Positions 11,165 to 23,099 of a stretch of 37,437 bases of DNA are shown here, one piece after another. Positions within the stretch are counted from its first letter, which is position 1. The number at the start of each line of letters is the position of its first letter. This DNA comes from Welwitschia mirabilis (taxonomy: Eukaryota). The stretch is taken from NCBI GenBank assembly GCA_051453625.1, contig JBOZIK010000001.1:4801250-4838686 (forward strand). The letters run 5' to 3'. Both the position numbers and the translations under genes were made by a program. Under the pieces are notes generated by a model that worked only from the letters and a program-made list of their open reading frames with translations, searched no databases and was not told the origin of the DNA.

Positions 11165-13786
11165 ATATTTTCAGAGAAATAAGGTTCAAACTAAAAATTT
11201 ACTAATTAATAAAACATAAGAGATGTATAATTATTTCCAAATAGAATCAATCAAATGAAAAGAGGAGTAATGGAAAGCCCTCTATGATATCATATTAAAA
11301 AAAAAATTTTTAGAAGTAAAAGGAAAGAGAAATGGTAACTCTAGTAAATGATTTTCTTTGAATGCAAGAGTTTTATTTTAATTATTATAAAGAAAATTAT
11401 ATTCAAGTTTATTAAAAACATTTTTTCATCTAAACTCAAATTATGATTTTCAATTGGTTCATGAAAAGGACAATATCCCTCAAGGTTTAAATAAAAAATT
11501 TGAACTTCCTTACACTCTAAAGGTCCTTTTTCATTCTCAAAGTTGGATGTATTAATGGTTTTTTCAATTTTAAGTTGATCATCATAAAGTATAGGCTCAT
11601 GTGATTCTATCTCTCTTTCTTTAAGTGGGTGATGTTATAGGAATAAAGTTGGTTTAATATTGCTTTCAATGTTCATTTCATCATTATTTAAATCTTTCTT
11701 AGCTGCATTAAAGACTCTAATTAAAAACATTCTATTTCTAAAGTAACATATCATTGTTCCTGCTTTTGTATCAATGATGCAGTGGGCTATTACACAAAAG
11801 GCTCTTCCTAGAAGTAAAGGGTATTCTTTGTTATGATCAACTTCTATGATGATTACCTCTATGGGGTAGAAAGCCTATTCTCTTTGAATTGCCAAATATT
11901 TAATGACACATAATAGTTTCTTAACTAATGTATCTGCTAATTCTAAGACAACTAAAGTAGGCTTTAATCTATCCTCTAAACCAAGTCTCTTACAAATGTA
12001 AAGTGATATAATGTTAACACTCACTTTAATATCTATTAAAGCTTTTCTAATATTTTTATTTCCCTCTACAGTAACATTCACTATTGCTACTCCTAGATCT
12101 TAAAATTTGGATTATTTCTATAATACTATATTTGTGAGAGATTAAGCAAGAAAGACCTTGCTAAGGATAACTCATTTTTATTTTCTTCTTATTAGGTCTT
12201 TTTATAATTTTGAGTACCCTAGATTTTCTTACAAAACTTTCCAAAAGGGTAAGTTTATGCTTACATTTTTTATCAAGGCTTTTAAATGATCATTAAAAGT
12301 TGAATTGTCATTAAGCATATCAAGCCATGAAGTGATTTCTTAAAAAGGATTTTCCTTTCTCTTTTTACTAAGAGAAGAGAAGTTATAATCATATAATATC
12401 ACAATGACTTATTACTCTTATTTTTCATCATTTCTAAAGTTATTTTGGGAGGTGGATGGTTCACATGAAGGAGGATTTGTTTCTTGTCCACTTCTTGTCA
12501 CAAACTTACAATCTTTTTTTAGTTCATTTAGGTTTAGTAAAGTTTGTGTAGCTAATGTTTCGTAAGGTCTTTGATTTGCTAGTAACATTTGTTGAAGTAT
12601 GTTTACTATGTTTTCCATGTTGGCATTTGGTTTTTTAAATTTGGCATTTGTTTTTTCTTATGATCTTCTTATTTGATCAATAAGGTTTATAATTAATTCA
12701 TTTAGATGTTGGTAGTTAGATGAACTTGGTGGATTTTTTGTATTTCTAATTGATTTCTAAAAGATTGAGAATTATTTTGGAAATGAGTGTTTAACATCAG
12801 TTGTGCTTGATTTTGATTTCTGAAGTTTCTAGATGATTGGTTAAAAGTACAAACTTCTTCACAAATTCTTTCTTTGTATGTTGGCAAAAGAGGATAGTTT
12901 TTAGTAACATGATAATTATCCTTACATAAATCACAAGTTTACACAACATTTCTTTTTGTTGATATTTTGGCATCTAAGATAATTTCCACATACTTATCTA
13001 AGTTTGTTGTAAAATATTTCATGGAATTTGTAGGATTTGATTCCACCTCTTTTTGTTATTTAATCTATTTTAAATCTTTGATGAATTGGTTTATAGTTGG
13101 ATTTTCTTTAGGAGTTGACTAACTTTAATTAACCTTCACAAGCTCTTCTAATTTTGTCTAGGTATCATCTAGAGTAATGTTCATAAGTTTTTTATCACAA
13201 GAAAAATCTACAAGTTGTTTTGTATGGGGAGTCAATCCACTATAAAAATAGTCTAATTGTTCTACTCTTGAAAAGACATCTACTAGATTAGAATGGACTA
13301 CTACAGAAAAACGTTCATAAGTAGAGGCATAATCTTCATTGGGTTTTTATTGGAAGTTTGTTATCTTTTTTTTCTTATTCTTATAGTTTCTTCACTTATG
13401 TATCTTTTCATAAAGGTTTCCCGGACTTGATCCCATGTTTTTAGGCTTTTGTAGGATATAGATTTTAGAAAAAGTTTTGCCCTACCTTTTAATGTTATGG
13501 AAAAGATTATCATGTATGTTCTGTCTATTATTTTTTTCTTCTCATTTCCCGAGGTAAGGATAAGTTGTTTATTGTCTCCAATGTGTTGGATGGGATCCTC
13601 ATCATCTTCTCCACTAAAATTTGGGTAAGCATGTAAATTTTTGAGCTCTACATCATCTCCTAGGGGTAGGTCAAAAAATGTTTGAATTTTATGTTTCTTG
13701 TTGGCTAATAATTCTCTAAAGGTGAGGTTGGTATTAGGGATTATAGATCCTACTACTTGTTTTTGCTTTCGGGAGGCACTCGACAT
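11165..13786 (-). pseudogene. Decayed gag-protease-tail polyprotein, unit 3
   Basis: ATG at 13786. Contains YPNFSGEDDEDPIQH and IFSITLKGRAKLFLKS...TWDQVRETFMKRY (Retrotrans_gag-like), FYSGLTPHTKQLVD, a degenerate zinc knuckle CDLCKDNYHVTKNY (12894-12935), protease KALIDIKVSVNII...LELAD and PLLLGRAF. The sequence is gap-free from gag to tail and contains no RT. Confidence 0.88.
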
Positions 13787-14422
13787 TGTGATTTGGTTCT
13801 CTCCTTTTACAAGTTTTTTATTAAGGAAATCAAATTCAAAAAAAAAAAAAAAATTTAGAAGGAGGATTGAGTGCACCTAGAGATTGTTCTTCTGACTTTT
13901 TTTCTATGTTTACCAGTCCTCCTTTAATTTTTTTCTATATCAGCTATTTTTCTTTGAGATATTTTTTCTCCAAATTAATCATATCACAACATCCTACAAA
14001 TAGAAAATAACAAAAAATAGATCAGATAATAACAGACTGTCATCTTGTCTATTATCTAGATGATAAAAGAAATGATGTACATAGAAAGCAGAAAAAATCA
14101 AAAATTAAATCAAAACTAAAACAGAAAATAAAAAACACAAAAAACTCCTGTCATCCATCTTATTGTCTAGACATCACAAGAGACAATAGATCTGATTTAT
14201 TATAGAAAAATTAAAATCCAAAAAAAAAAGAAAAAAACAAAAATAACATACTATCATCTTGAATATCGTGGGGATGATAGAGGGGACGATCAGACTTGTT
14301 TTATAGAAACCAAAACACAGTACATAGAAAACCTAAAGATCCTAATAAAATACAATGCTACAATGACAAATAGTTAGTATACTTATCTAAATGATAACAA
14401 TCTTTGTACTTCTCAATAGCCT

Positions 14423-14440
14423 TACTTTGTAATGACCCCA
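14423..14440 (-). other. Primer binding site, tRNA-Asp type (heavily decayed)
   Basis: Minus strand TGGGGTCATTACAAAGTA, 10/18 to the consensus, at the same 3-nt offset from the LTR as 6091-6108. Confidence 0.6.
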
Positions 14441-14443
14441 ATT

Positions 14444-15349
14444 TGTTACGATGTATATTTATGCAATTTTTATGTTCAAACAGATATTATCATTAATAAT
14501 TATAATAGATATTATGCATAATACATCACACTAGTATAATGGGAGTGATCCAAATGTCATATCTCATTGAAGTCTACCGTATGAGACTCAGGTTGCATTT
14601 GCAATTAAATAGAAATAAAAGACAAGGAATAATAATGCAAGAAATAAACTAACATGCAAAGTATAATATGCAATCTAAAATAACATGAAATGTAAATAAC
14701 CCTAATCCTACTTGCTTTTTAGCCTTAACAAAGGATGCCCTTGATAATATATGTCACCCAAGAAATTGTTACGAGATCTTGAACAACATTAGACTATAAG
14801 GAACATAAGAAATCCTATAATGCAAAAATAAAATAAAATCAAGATTTATATTAAAATGGTAACAATATCTAGGTTACAAAATAGCTGAGTCTCAATGGAA
14901 GATACTCAGCCCTTCACCAAGTGCTCATCTTTCTACAACTCTCAAGAGAGATCTCTCATCTTTTTCTCTCTTATCAAACTAATCTCTAGTGCATCAAATA
15001 TGGGAAGGAGAGTTGAGGGAGGGTATTATTTATAGAAGAATATAACAGAAAAGGATAAATAGAAGATGTGGTTACACACTCTCATTAAGGGCTCAAAAAT
15101 GGATGAAATAGCTGAGAGAATCTATTAGTAATAGTTACATGTCAGTGTCATCTGCGCGATCGTCCAGATGACATGGGGGATGATAGAACATTATAAAATA
15201 TCTTGAAAGTGATAACTAAGTAGTCCATGTAAGCAGTCATCATCCTGCTTGTCATGTGGGTGACAGAGGGGATGACGATCTTCTGTAATGATTTTTTTGT
15301 AGAGAAACTTAGCTATTTTGTCATGAAAAGCTCTATTTATTGGAAAGTT
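14444..15349 (-). repeat. 5' LTR of unit 3, truncated by gap 15350-16207
   Basis: Starts TGTTACGATGTATATTTATGC and aligns with 6112-~6995. It has ~40 bp extra near 14930-14975 relative to the middle LTR. Confidence 0.88.
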
Positions 15350-16207
15350 NNNNNNNNNNNNNNNNNNNNNNNNNNNNNNNNNNNNNNNNNNNNNNNNNNN
15401 NNNNNNNNNNNNNNNNNNNNNNNNNNNNNNNNNNNNNNNNNNNNNNNNNNNNNNNNNNNNNNNNNNNNNNNNNNNNNNNNNNNNNNNNNNNNNNNNNNNN
15501 NNNNNNNNNNNNNNNNNNNNNNNNNNNNNNNNNNNNNNNNNNNNNNNNNNNNNNNNNNNNNNNNNNNNNNNNNNNNNNNNNNNNNNNNNNNNNNNNNNNN
15601 NNNNNNNNNNNNNNNNNNNNNNNNNNNNNNNNNNNNNNNNNNNNNNNNNNNNNNNNNNNNNNNNNNNNNNNNNNNNNNNNNNNNNNNNNNNNNNNNNNNN
15701 NNNNNNNNNNNNNNNNNNNNNNNNNNNNNNNNNNNNNNNNNNNNNNNNNNNNNNNNNNNNNNNNNNNNNNNNNNNNNNNNNNNNNNNNNNNNNNNNNNNN
15801 NNNNNNNNNNNNNNNNNNNNNNNNNNNNNNNNNNNNNNNNNNNNNNNNNNNNNNNNNNNNNNNNNNNNNNNNNNNNNNNNNNNNNNNNNNNNNNNNNNNN
15901 NNNNNNNNNNNNNNNNNNNNNNNNNNNNNNNNNNNNNNNNNNNNNNNNNNNNNNNNNNNNNNNNNNNNNNNNNNNNNNNNNNNNNNNNNNNNNNNNNNNN
16001 NNNNNNNNNNNNNNNNNNNNNNNNNNNNNNNNNNNNNNNNNNNNNNNNNNNNNNNNNNNNNNNNNNNNNNNNNNNNNNNNNNNNNNNNNNNNNNNNNNNN
16101 NNNNNNNNNNNNNNNNNNNNNNNNNNNNNNNNNNNNNNNNNNNNNNNNNNNNNNNNNNNNNNNNNNNNNNNNNNNNNNNNNNNNNNNNNNNNNNNNNNNN
16201 NNNNNNN

Positions 16208-17620
16208 AAGTCTAGATGTCTTTGATATAGTAGATGACTTTACCATAGATGTCTTTATATATGTAGAAGTCTTCAGTCAATTGTATCTATCTTTTATGAA
16301 TTTTGAGCTAAAGCTTCTATGTACATTAAAACTTTGAGGTTTTATTGGGTTAATATTATTTGGAATTTGGTATTCTCCAACTTTTTGTATACACCTTAAA
16401 TAATTCAAATTTAACAAGTGGAATCAACAAAATTAGGATTTGCTAATAAGGTATCTAGCAAGTTTTCCAAGAATTTAATTATGAAATGGAAGAGGAAATG
16501 GTCTTTTCTAGTTATAGCATTAAGTTTTCTATAATTAATACACATTATTCGCTTTATAGTAAGCCTCATAGGAATAAGCTTATTATCTTCATTAAGTACT
16601 AAGGTAATTCTTGATTTATTGGATATAGTTTATATTAGAATAATCCACTTGATATTATAGATTAGACAGATTATGTTATTAACTAAAATATNNNNNNNNN
16701 NNNNNNNNNNNNNNNNNNNNNNNNNNNNNNNNNNNNNNNNNNNNNNNNNNNNNNNNNNNNNNNNNNNNNNNNNNNNNNNNNNNNNNNNNNNCAGATTATG
16801 TTATTAACTAAAATATTAAAGATATTATTTTTGACTTGGGTTAATGCCTTTGATATCTAAAAGTATCCAACCTAAGGCTTACATGTGCTTTCTTAATAGA
16901 TTTAACAAGGAATTTTCTTATGATAGGAATAAATATGAGTTGGTAACAACTACAAAAATGAAGTTATCATCTAAAAAGAAATACCTAACATTACTATAAA
17001 ATGGTTTCAATTCAATCAAAGGCTAAATTTCTATGTTGATGATTGAATCAGGCTTTATAGATAAGGACATAGTGAAAATGTTTTGGGAAGGGACAAATGA
17101 TTTAAAATTAAGAGGTTCACCTTACAACATATTAATGTTTTTAATATTTTCATCAATTATTAAGAATTTGTATTATGAAATTAAAAATACTAAGTTAAAT
17201 AATAATATTTTGAAAGGATATTTTTATAAGACCATTCATATTATCAATCAAAGCACTAGAGGTTATAAGAAGAGGTTTTCCTAAGATAATGAAAGCTATG
17301 TAGTTTATTGTTCTTTCTATTTCCAATCATACAAAATCAGTTAGAAGCTATTAACTATCTACTTAAATAATAACATCTTCTACTACATAAAGAGGTGAAT
17401 TGAAAGAATTATCATCCAATTAAAGTTAGTGTTTACTAATCTTAAGAAAATCTAAAATAAGATCATTCTAGACATAGTGTGATAAAATACTAATACTATA
17501 TCCTAAATTTGATAAGGCTTATTTGATATTTTAATCTCTATTGGTGATGGAAATGGTTAAAAATATTTATATCTTTTTATTTTAAAGGGATATAGTTTTG
17601 GATAATTACATTCATTTATT
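16208..17620 (+). mobile_element. Highly decayed Ty1/copia remnant (LTR end, PBS-like site, gag and protease traces)
   Basis: TAGATGTCTT-like subrepeats at 16212-16275. AACA-AGTGGAATCA near 16413-16427 resembles CA-xxTGGTATCAGAGC. Traces IFIK..LDLLDIV and LTCA. TCTAGACAT (SRH) near 17467 followed by a FG/DN-like stretch resembles copia DSGCSRHMTG...VTFGDN. Confidence 0.4.
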
Positions 17621-18367
17621 AGGAAAGGAAGGCTTTGCTTTTAATGCTCATTATTCTCTTAACTGTACATAAGTCCTTAAAAAATTTGGAATAGAAAGGG
17701 AACCATTTTCTAGATTATAAGATAGGGATGTTTATTTTAACTTCCTTGAAAACTTCAAAAGCCTCTTATCACTGTTTTACTATTTGGTTCTTTCTAAGTT
17801 ATTAAGAAAAAGATAAGAACTCTTTATATGATGGGATATGTGGTTCTTTTTAATTATTCATTTTCTTATCATTTCTAAACTTTCTAGTTATTTTAGCATC
17901 TTATGTTAGAGTTTTTTATAAGCTACAATTGATTTTTCTTTTACTTCTTATTTGTATGGCCTTAGTTTGCTCAACATGTATATCCTCTATTCCATCTATC
18001 ATCTTGTAACTACTAGGGTTTAGTTTTAAAGATGATGGAGCCTTATCATTATTATGTTAGTTGAGTGAAAAAAGAATGTAAGCTATGATTTAACTTAGTT
18101 TTTATATATTTTATTCTAATTTTTATAATATGAAAGAGATTTTTTGATTAAATTATTATTAGCCATTATTAATCTAAGTTTGGACTTCCATAATTTTCTT
18201 GAGAGCATCTTTTAAAGAATGTAATAAAGAATGTTAATTACTAGAAGATGAGGATTTTGGATTAGAACATGATAATGAGAGATATTAATTTTTAGATTAA
18301 CTTGTAGAATATTAGTTATGGTTGTCTTATCTTCATGAAATGTTTAGATGATTCCTTCATCCAAGGT

Positions 18368-18524
18368 TATAGGTATTAGAGTAAGGGTCATTAGCTCTTT
18401 AATTTTTCCATTGTTATTTGATGGTGATTACTTACTCCTTTATCAAATATTAAAACATGAGGATGAAAAGGCATCCTAAAGTCTCATGGATATCTACGTG
18501 ATAAATGGAATAACCAATTTTAAG
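18368..18524 (+). pseudogene. Copia PBS-Met-like site and gag N-terminal fragment
   Basis: AGGTATTAGAGT resembles TGGTATCAGAGC. It is followed by PLLFDGDY...MRMK(frameshift)GILKS, resembling the copia gag start PPLFDGxNYxxWKxRMKAFLKS. Confidence 0.45.
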
Positions 18525-19729
18525 NNNNNNNNNNNNNNNNNNNNNNNNNNNNNNNNNNNNNNNNNNNNNNNNNNNNNNNNNNNNNNNNNNNNNNNNNNNN
18601 NNNNNNNNNNNNNNNNNNNNNNNNNNNNNNNNNNNNNNNNNNNNNNNNNNNNNNNNNNNNNNNNNNNNNNNNNNNNNNNNNNNNNNNNNNNNNNNNNNNN
18701 NNNNNNNNNNNNNNNNNNNNNNNNNNNNNNNNNNNNNNNNNNNNNNNNNNNNNNNNNNNNNNNNNNNNNNNNNNNNNNNNNNNNNNNNNNNNNNNNNNNN
18801 NNNNNNNNNNNNNNNNNNNNNNNNNNNNNNNNNNNNNNNNNNNNNNNNNNNNNNNNNNNNNNNNNNNNNNNNNNNNNNNNNNNNNNNNNNNNNNNNNNNN
18901 NNNNNNNNNNNNNNNNNNNNNNNNNNNNNNNNAAGAATAAAAGTCTTGTACCACATACTAAGTGGTTCAAGATTCCTATAAAGTTTATCTAATTGATTGT
19001 GGATCTTAGAGTTGTTAGGAAGCCTAAATATACTTAATGCCTTATTAGTGTTGTATGATCTAGATGGATTATCAAGGTTATCCTAGTTCTTAGAACTCTT
19101 AGAGAAGGCTTCTAATAAATACTACTGTTCATCTCTCTTTAGGTCTAAGAAAATTTCCTTNNNNNNNNNNNNNNNNNNNNNNNNNNNNNNNNNNNNNNNN
19201 NNNNNNNNNNNNNNNNNNNNNNNNNNNNNNNNNNNNNNNNNNNNNNNNNNNNNNNNNNNNAAGTCTTGTACCGCATACTAAGTGGTTCAAGATTCCTATA
19301 AAGTTTATCTAATTGATTGTGGATTTAGATTTGTTAGGAAGCCTAAAGATACTTAATGCCTTATTAGCATTGTATGATCTAGATGGATTATCAAGCTTAT
19401 TGTAGTTCTTAGAACTCTTAGAGAAGGTTTCTAATAAATACTACTATTCATCTCACTTTAGGTCTAAGAATACAAATCATCTCTATAAGTTATGTAGTGT
19501 AAGGGTTTAATTACCATTTTAACTCATAAGTCACAATATTTTAATTTGAAGTTTAATGCATGATTCAAAAGAAAATAACAATGTGAATACCTATAAAACA
19601 CCTTTAAGTTAGCTATTAAGAATCATGATAAGTTTAATTATGATTATATATTCATGAGAAAATAATCAATTAGTATATGTTTAGATCATAGACTAAGATA
19701 GATTCTTAAGTTTACCAAATTAAAATGAT

Positions 19730-21623
19730 CTATGCGCTATCAAATTGTATGTATTTGATGAAGTGTTATGAGCTATTTTGCAGGACATTTATGTAAGTTT
19801 AGATGCAATTCTGAGGCTTATAGAGAATTAATATAAGATCTTAGAAATGTGCAATTTATGGCATGATTAGAGGCATTTAAGACATATTCTGATGCATATG
19901 TCTTTAGAGGAAGATCACTGATGCAGAAGGAAGACTTCTTTAAAATGAAAAAACAAGGAGGACTATCATTCTCTTTGTCATCCCCATGATAGTCACGATG
20001 ATAACACTATAGATGCCACATGGGAATACTGACATCGTCTAGAGCCGGTACTACTGAGCCATCCTTTCTAAAGGGTATCATCCTCATGGCCATCCCCATA
20101 ACATGTAGGATGATAAATGTAATGTTCAAGCCATCATCCTCTTGGTCGTTTCTATGATAGGAAGGACAACACTTGTGACTGCCAGCTGACCTTTGTTCAT
20201 TTTTTCCATTTCTTTTTTATGATTAAGCATGTTTTGTAGTATTTTTTGTATGTTAGTTTTGTTCTTTAACCTTATAAATAAGACCCATTTAACTCTCCTT
20301 TCCATTTTTAATGCACTGAATAATCTTGTGATAGGAGATAGGGTAGGAGATCCATCTCATGAATTGCAAAAAGATGTTCCCTTGGTGAAGGATTGTGCAT
20401 CCTCTATTAGTTCCATTTTAATAGAAAACTCTATTTTCATTTGTGAATTTTATTTTTATTATATTTACCTTATGGTTTATATTGTATTNNNNNNNNNNNN
20501 NNNNNNNNNNNNNNNNNNNNNNNNNNNNNNNNNNNNNNNNNNNNNNNNNNNNNNNNNNNNNNNNNNNNNNNNNNNNNNNNNNNNNNNNGCAATTCTGAGG
20601 CTTATAGAGAATTAATATAAGATCTTAAAAATGTGCAATTTATGGCATGATTAGAGGCATTTAAGACATATTCTGATGCATATGTCTTTAGAGGAAGATC
20701 ATTGATGCAGAAGAAAGACTTCTTTTAAGATGAAAAACAAGGAGGACTATCATCCTCTCTGTCATCCCCATGATAGTTACAATGATAGCACTATAGATGC
20801 CACATGGGAATACTGACATGGACTAGAGCCGGTACTACTGAGCCATCCTTTCTAAAGGGTGTCATCCTTATGGCCATCCCCATAACATGTAGGATGATAA
20901 ATGTAATGTTTAAGCCATCGTCCTCTTGGTCATTTCTATGATAGGAAGGACAACACTTCTGACTGCCAGCTGATCTTTGTTCATTTTGTCCATTTCTTTT
21001 TAATGATTAAGCATGTTTTGTAGCATTTTTTTTATGTTATTTTATTTTTTAACCTTATAAATAAGATCCACTTTAACTCTCCTCTCCATTTTTAATGCAC
21101 CAAATAATTTTGTGATAGGAGATAAGATAGGAGATCCATCTCATGAATTGCAAAAAGATGTTCCCTTGGTGAAGAACTGTGCATCCTCTATTAAGGCCTG
21201 GTTTTCTTGAATCCATATGCTAGTTCTATTTTAATAGAAAACTCTATTTTCATTTGTGAATTTTATTTTTATTATATTTACCTTATGGTTTATATTGCCT
21301 TTTATTTCGTGACAGTTTCATTGTTGATATAGGTCTTAAGCATAACCTTTATTATGGTTAAAAAAGTAATTTACATTCATTTTTCATTGCATTTAGATTT
21401 AGTTGCACTTGCATCACACATTTACTTTCTTGCATTGGTCCTTAAGTTTTGGTCATGATACTCTCTTTGAAAATCAATTCTCATTCTCCTCTCATAAGTC
21501 TTCAATGAGTTATGACATTTGGGTTACTTCCATTTATACTAAAGTGCATATTTTTAAATCTATATATTTTGATTAATACGATTTAGAGTAAGATATGAAA
21601 TTGTAAAAGTATGCACTATAACA
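19730..21623 (+). repeat. 5' LTR (true length ~1.1 kb; inflated by a duplicated ~680-bp segment and a 100-N gap)
   Basis: Aligns with 27442-28548 and ends CACTATAACA, as does the unit-1 LTR. 19806-20488 is repeated at 20589-~21298 across gap 20489-20588. The terminal TG is mutated. Confidence 0.88.
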
Positions 21624-21626
21624 TCT

Positions 21627-21644
21627 TGGTGCCATTACTAGGAA
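21627..21644 (+). other. Primer binding site, tRNA-Asp type (degenerate)
   Basis: TGGTGCCATTACTAGGAA, 12/18 to TGGCGCCGTTGCCGGGGA with only C>T/G>A changes, 3 nt after the LTR CA. Confidence 0.8.
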
Positions 21645-21746
21645 CGTCTACTAAGAAGCATAAGGATTGTTGATATTTAGGAGAGTAAATCAAATTTTTA
21701 TTTGATTATTTATCAGTAGTAACATTGTAATTTTAATTAGGAATTA

Positions 21747-21962
21747 TTAGTTTTTAGTTTTTTAAATTTTCATTTTTTTCCCTAGTTTTTGGTTTTTAGT
21801 TTTCAGTTTTTAGTTTTTTAGTTTTTAATTTTTGGTTTTTGATTTTTTAGTTTTTACTTTTTGCTTTGTTCTAGTTTTTGGTTTTTGATTTTTGATTTTT
21901 TTAGTTTTTCATTTTTAGTTTTTAGTTTTTTTATTTTTAGTTTTTTGGTTTTTCTTAGTTTT
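21747..21962 (+). repeat. Degenerate T-rich short tandem repeat (TTTTTAG/TTTTTGG/TTTTTGA-like units) in the element leader
   Basis: Directly visible 7-8 bp periodicity over ~215 bp. Confidence 0.8.
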
Positions 21963-23099
21963 TCAATAACAATCTTTCATCCTCTATGTCACTTCCATGA
22001 CATTGAAAATAATAACACAAATTTCCCAGTTACTTTTTATTTGTGAATTTTTCCTTTAGTTTTTATTTTAATAGTAAAATAGCTATCACCTTTCTTATCG
22101 TCTCCATGAGAAGGTGGATGAAACTTTTACTTTGGTTTTTTGCATTCTGTTTTTAGGTTATAATAAATTTTAGATTTCTATTTTTTATTTTCATCATTCT
22201 TTGTGTTATCTCCATGACTAGAAGTACGATAGTCTGTGTATCTATTTTTAGCTTTTGGCTCTCTACTAAATTTCTATTTTCTATTTGTGCTTTCGATTTT
22301 TGTCATACTCTCTGTCATCCTCATGACTAGAAGGATAACTATTAGTTATTTTTAATTTTAGTTTCTATTGTTTTTTGATTATAGGATGTTATGACATAGT
22401 TGATATGAGAAGGAAATATTAGATAAAAAAGGCTACTTATAGAAAAATGTATTAGAGAAAGATCAGTCAGCTTCGAAATAGAATTGGAAATGCAATCTCC
22501 AGGTGTATACAATATCTCTTTCAAGTTCTTTTTTTTTTTTTTGAATTCAATTTTCTAAAAGAAATATTTTAGAAGATAATGATAAACATTACACTTCTTT
22601 TGAGCTTTAAGAATTCAGATGATTTTATTAAAACATTAAAGAAAGTAGAACTTAACTGTTACTGTGCACTTATCTTCATCTTGAATTAGATTCTCTTTTT
22701 TCCATTCTTCTTAATTATGAATTGTAATACAAGGTCCCTTAGGAAAATTCTCACTAAAAGAAGGAGAAACTTAAAAAATTTTGAGAATAATACTAAGAAA
22801 AACTTAAAGATATTTTTGCAAAAAATAAGAAAAATTTAAAAGATNNNNNNNNNNNNNNNNNNNNNNNNNNNNNNNNNNNNNNNNNNNNNNNNNNNNNNNN
22901 NNNNNNNNNNNNNNNNNNNNNNNNNNNNNNNNNNNNNNNNNNNNTACAAGGACCATTAGGGAAATTCTCACTAAAAGGAGGAGAAACTTAAAAAATTTTG
23001 AGAATAATACTAAGAAACACTTAGAGATATTTTTGCAAAAAATAAGAAAAACTTAAAAGATTCTAAGTTTTATAGTGAGAAAACACTTTAAAAGATTTT

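Larger units (their letters stand above)
11043..15349 (-). mobile_element. Athila-like unit 3 (5' LTR, PBS, most complete gag-AP-tail; 3' part lost in a gap)
   Basis: LTR 14444-15349, PBS 14423-14440. The leader 13790-14420 is colinear with 5345-6090, and 11043-11160 corresponds to ~2490-2587 of unit 1. Confidence 0.8.

Noticed and set aside
17620..19724. Assigning 17620-18360 and 18933-19724 to a specific element
   Set aside because: It looks like decayed TE sequence, but no diagnostic motif or boundary could be supported.
21747..21962. TTTTTAG-like repeat as interstitial telomere
   Set aside because: It has no GGG core (TTTAGGG absent), irregular units, and sits in the U-rich leader of the retroelement.
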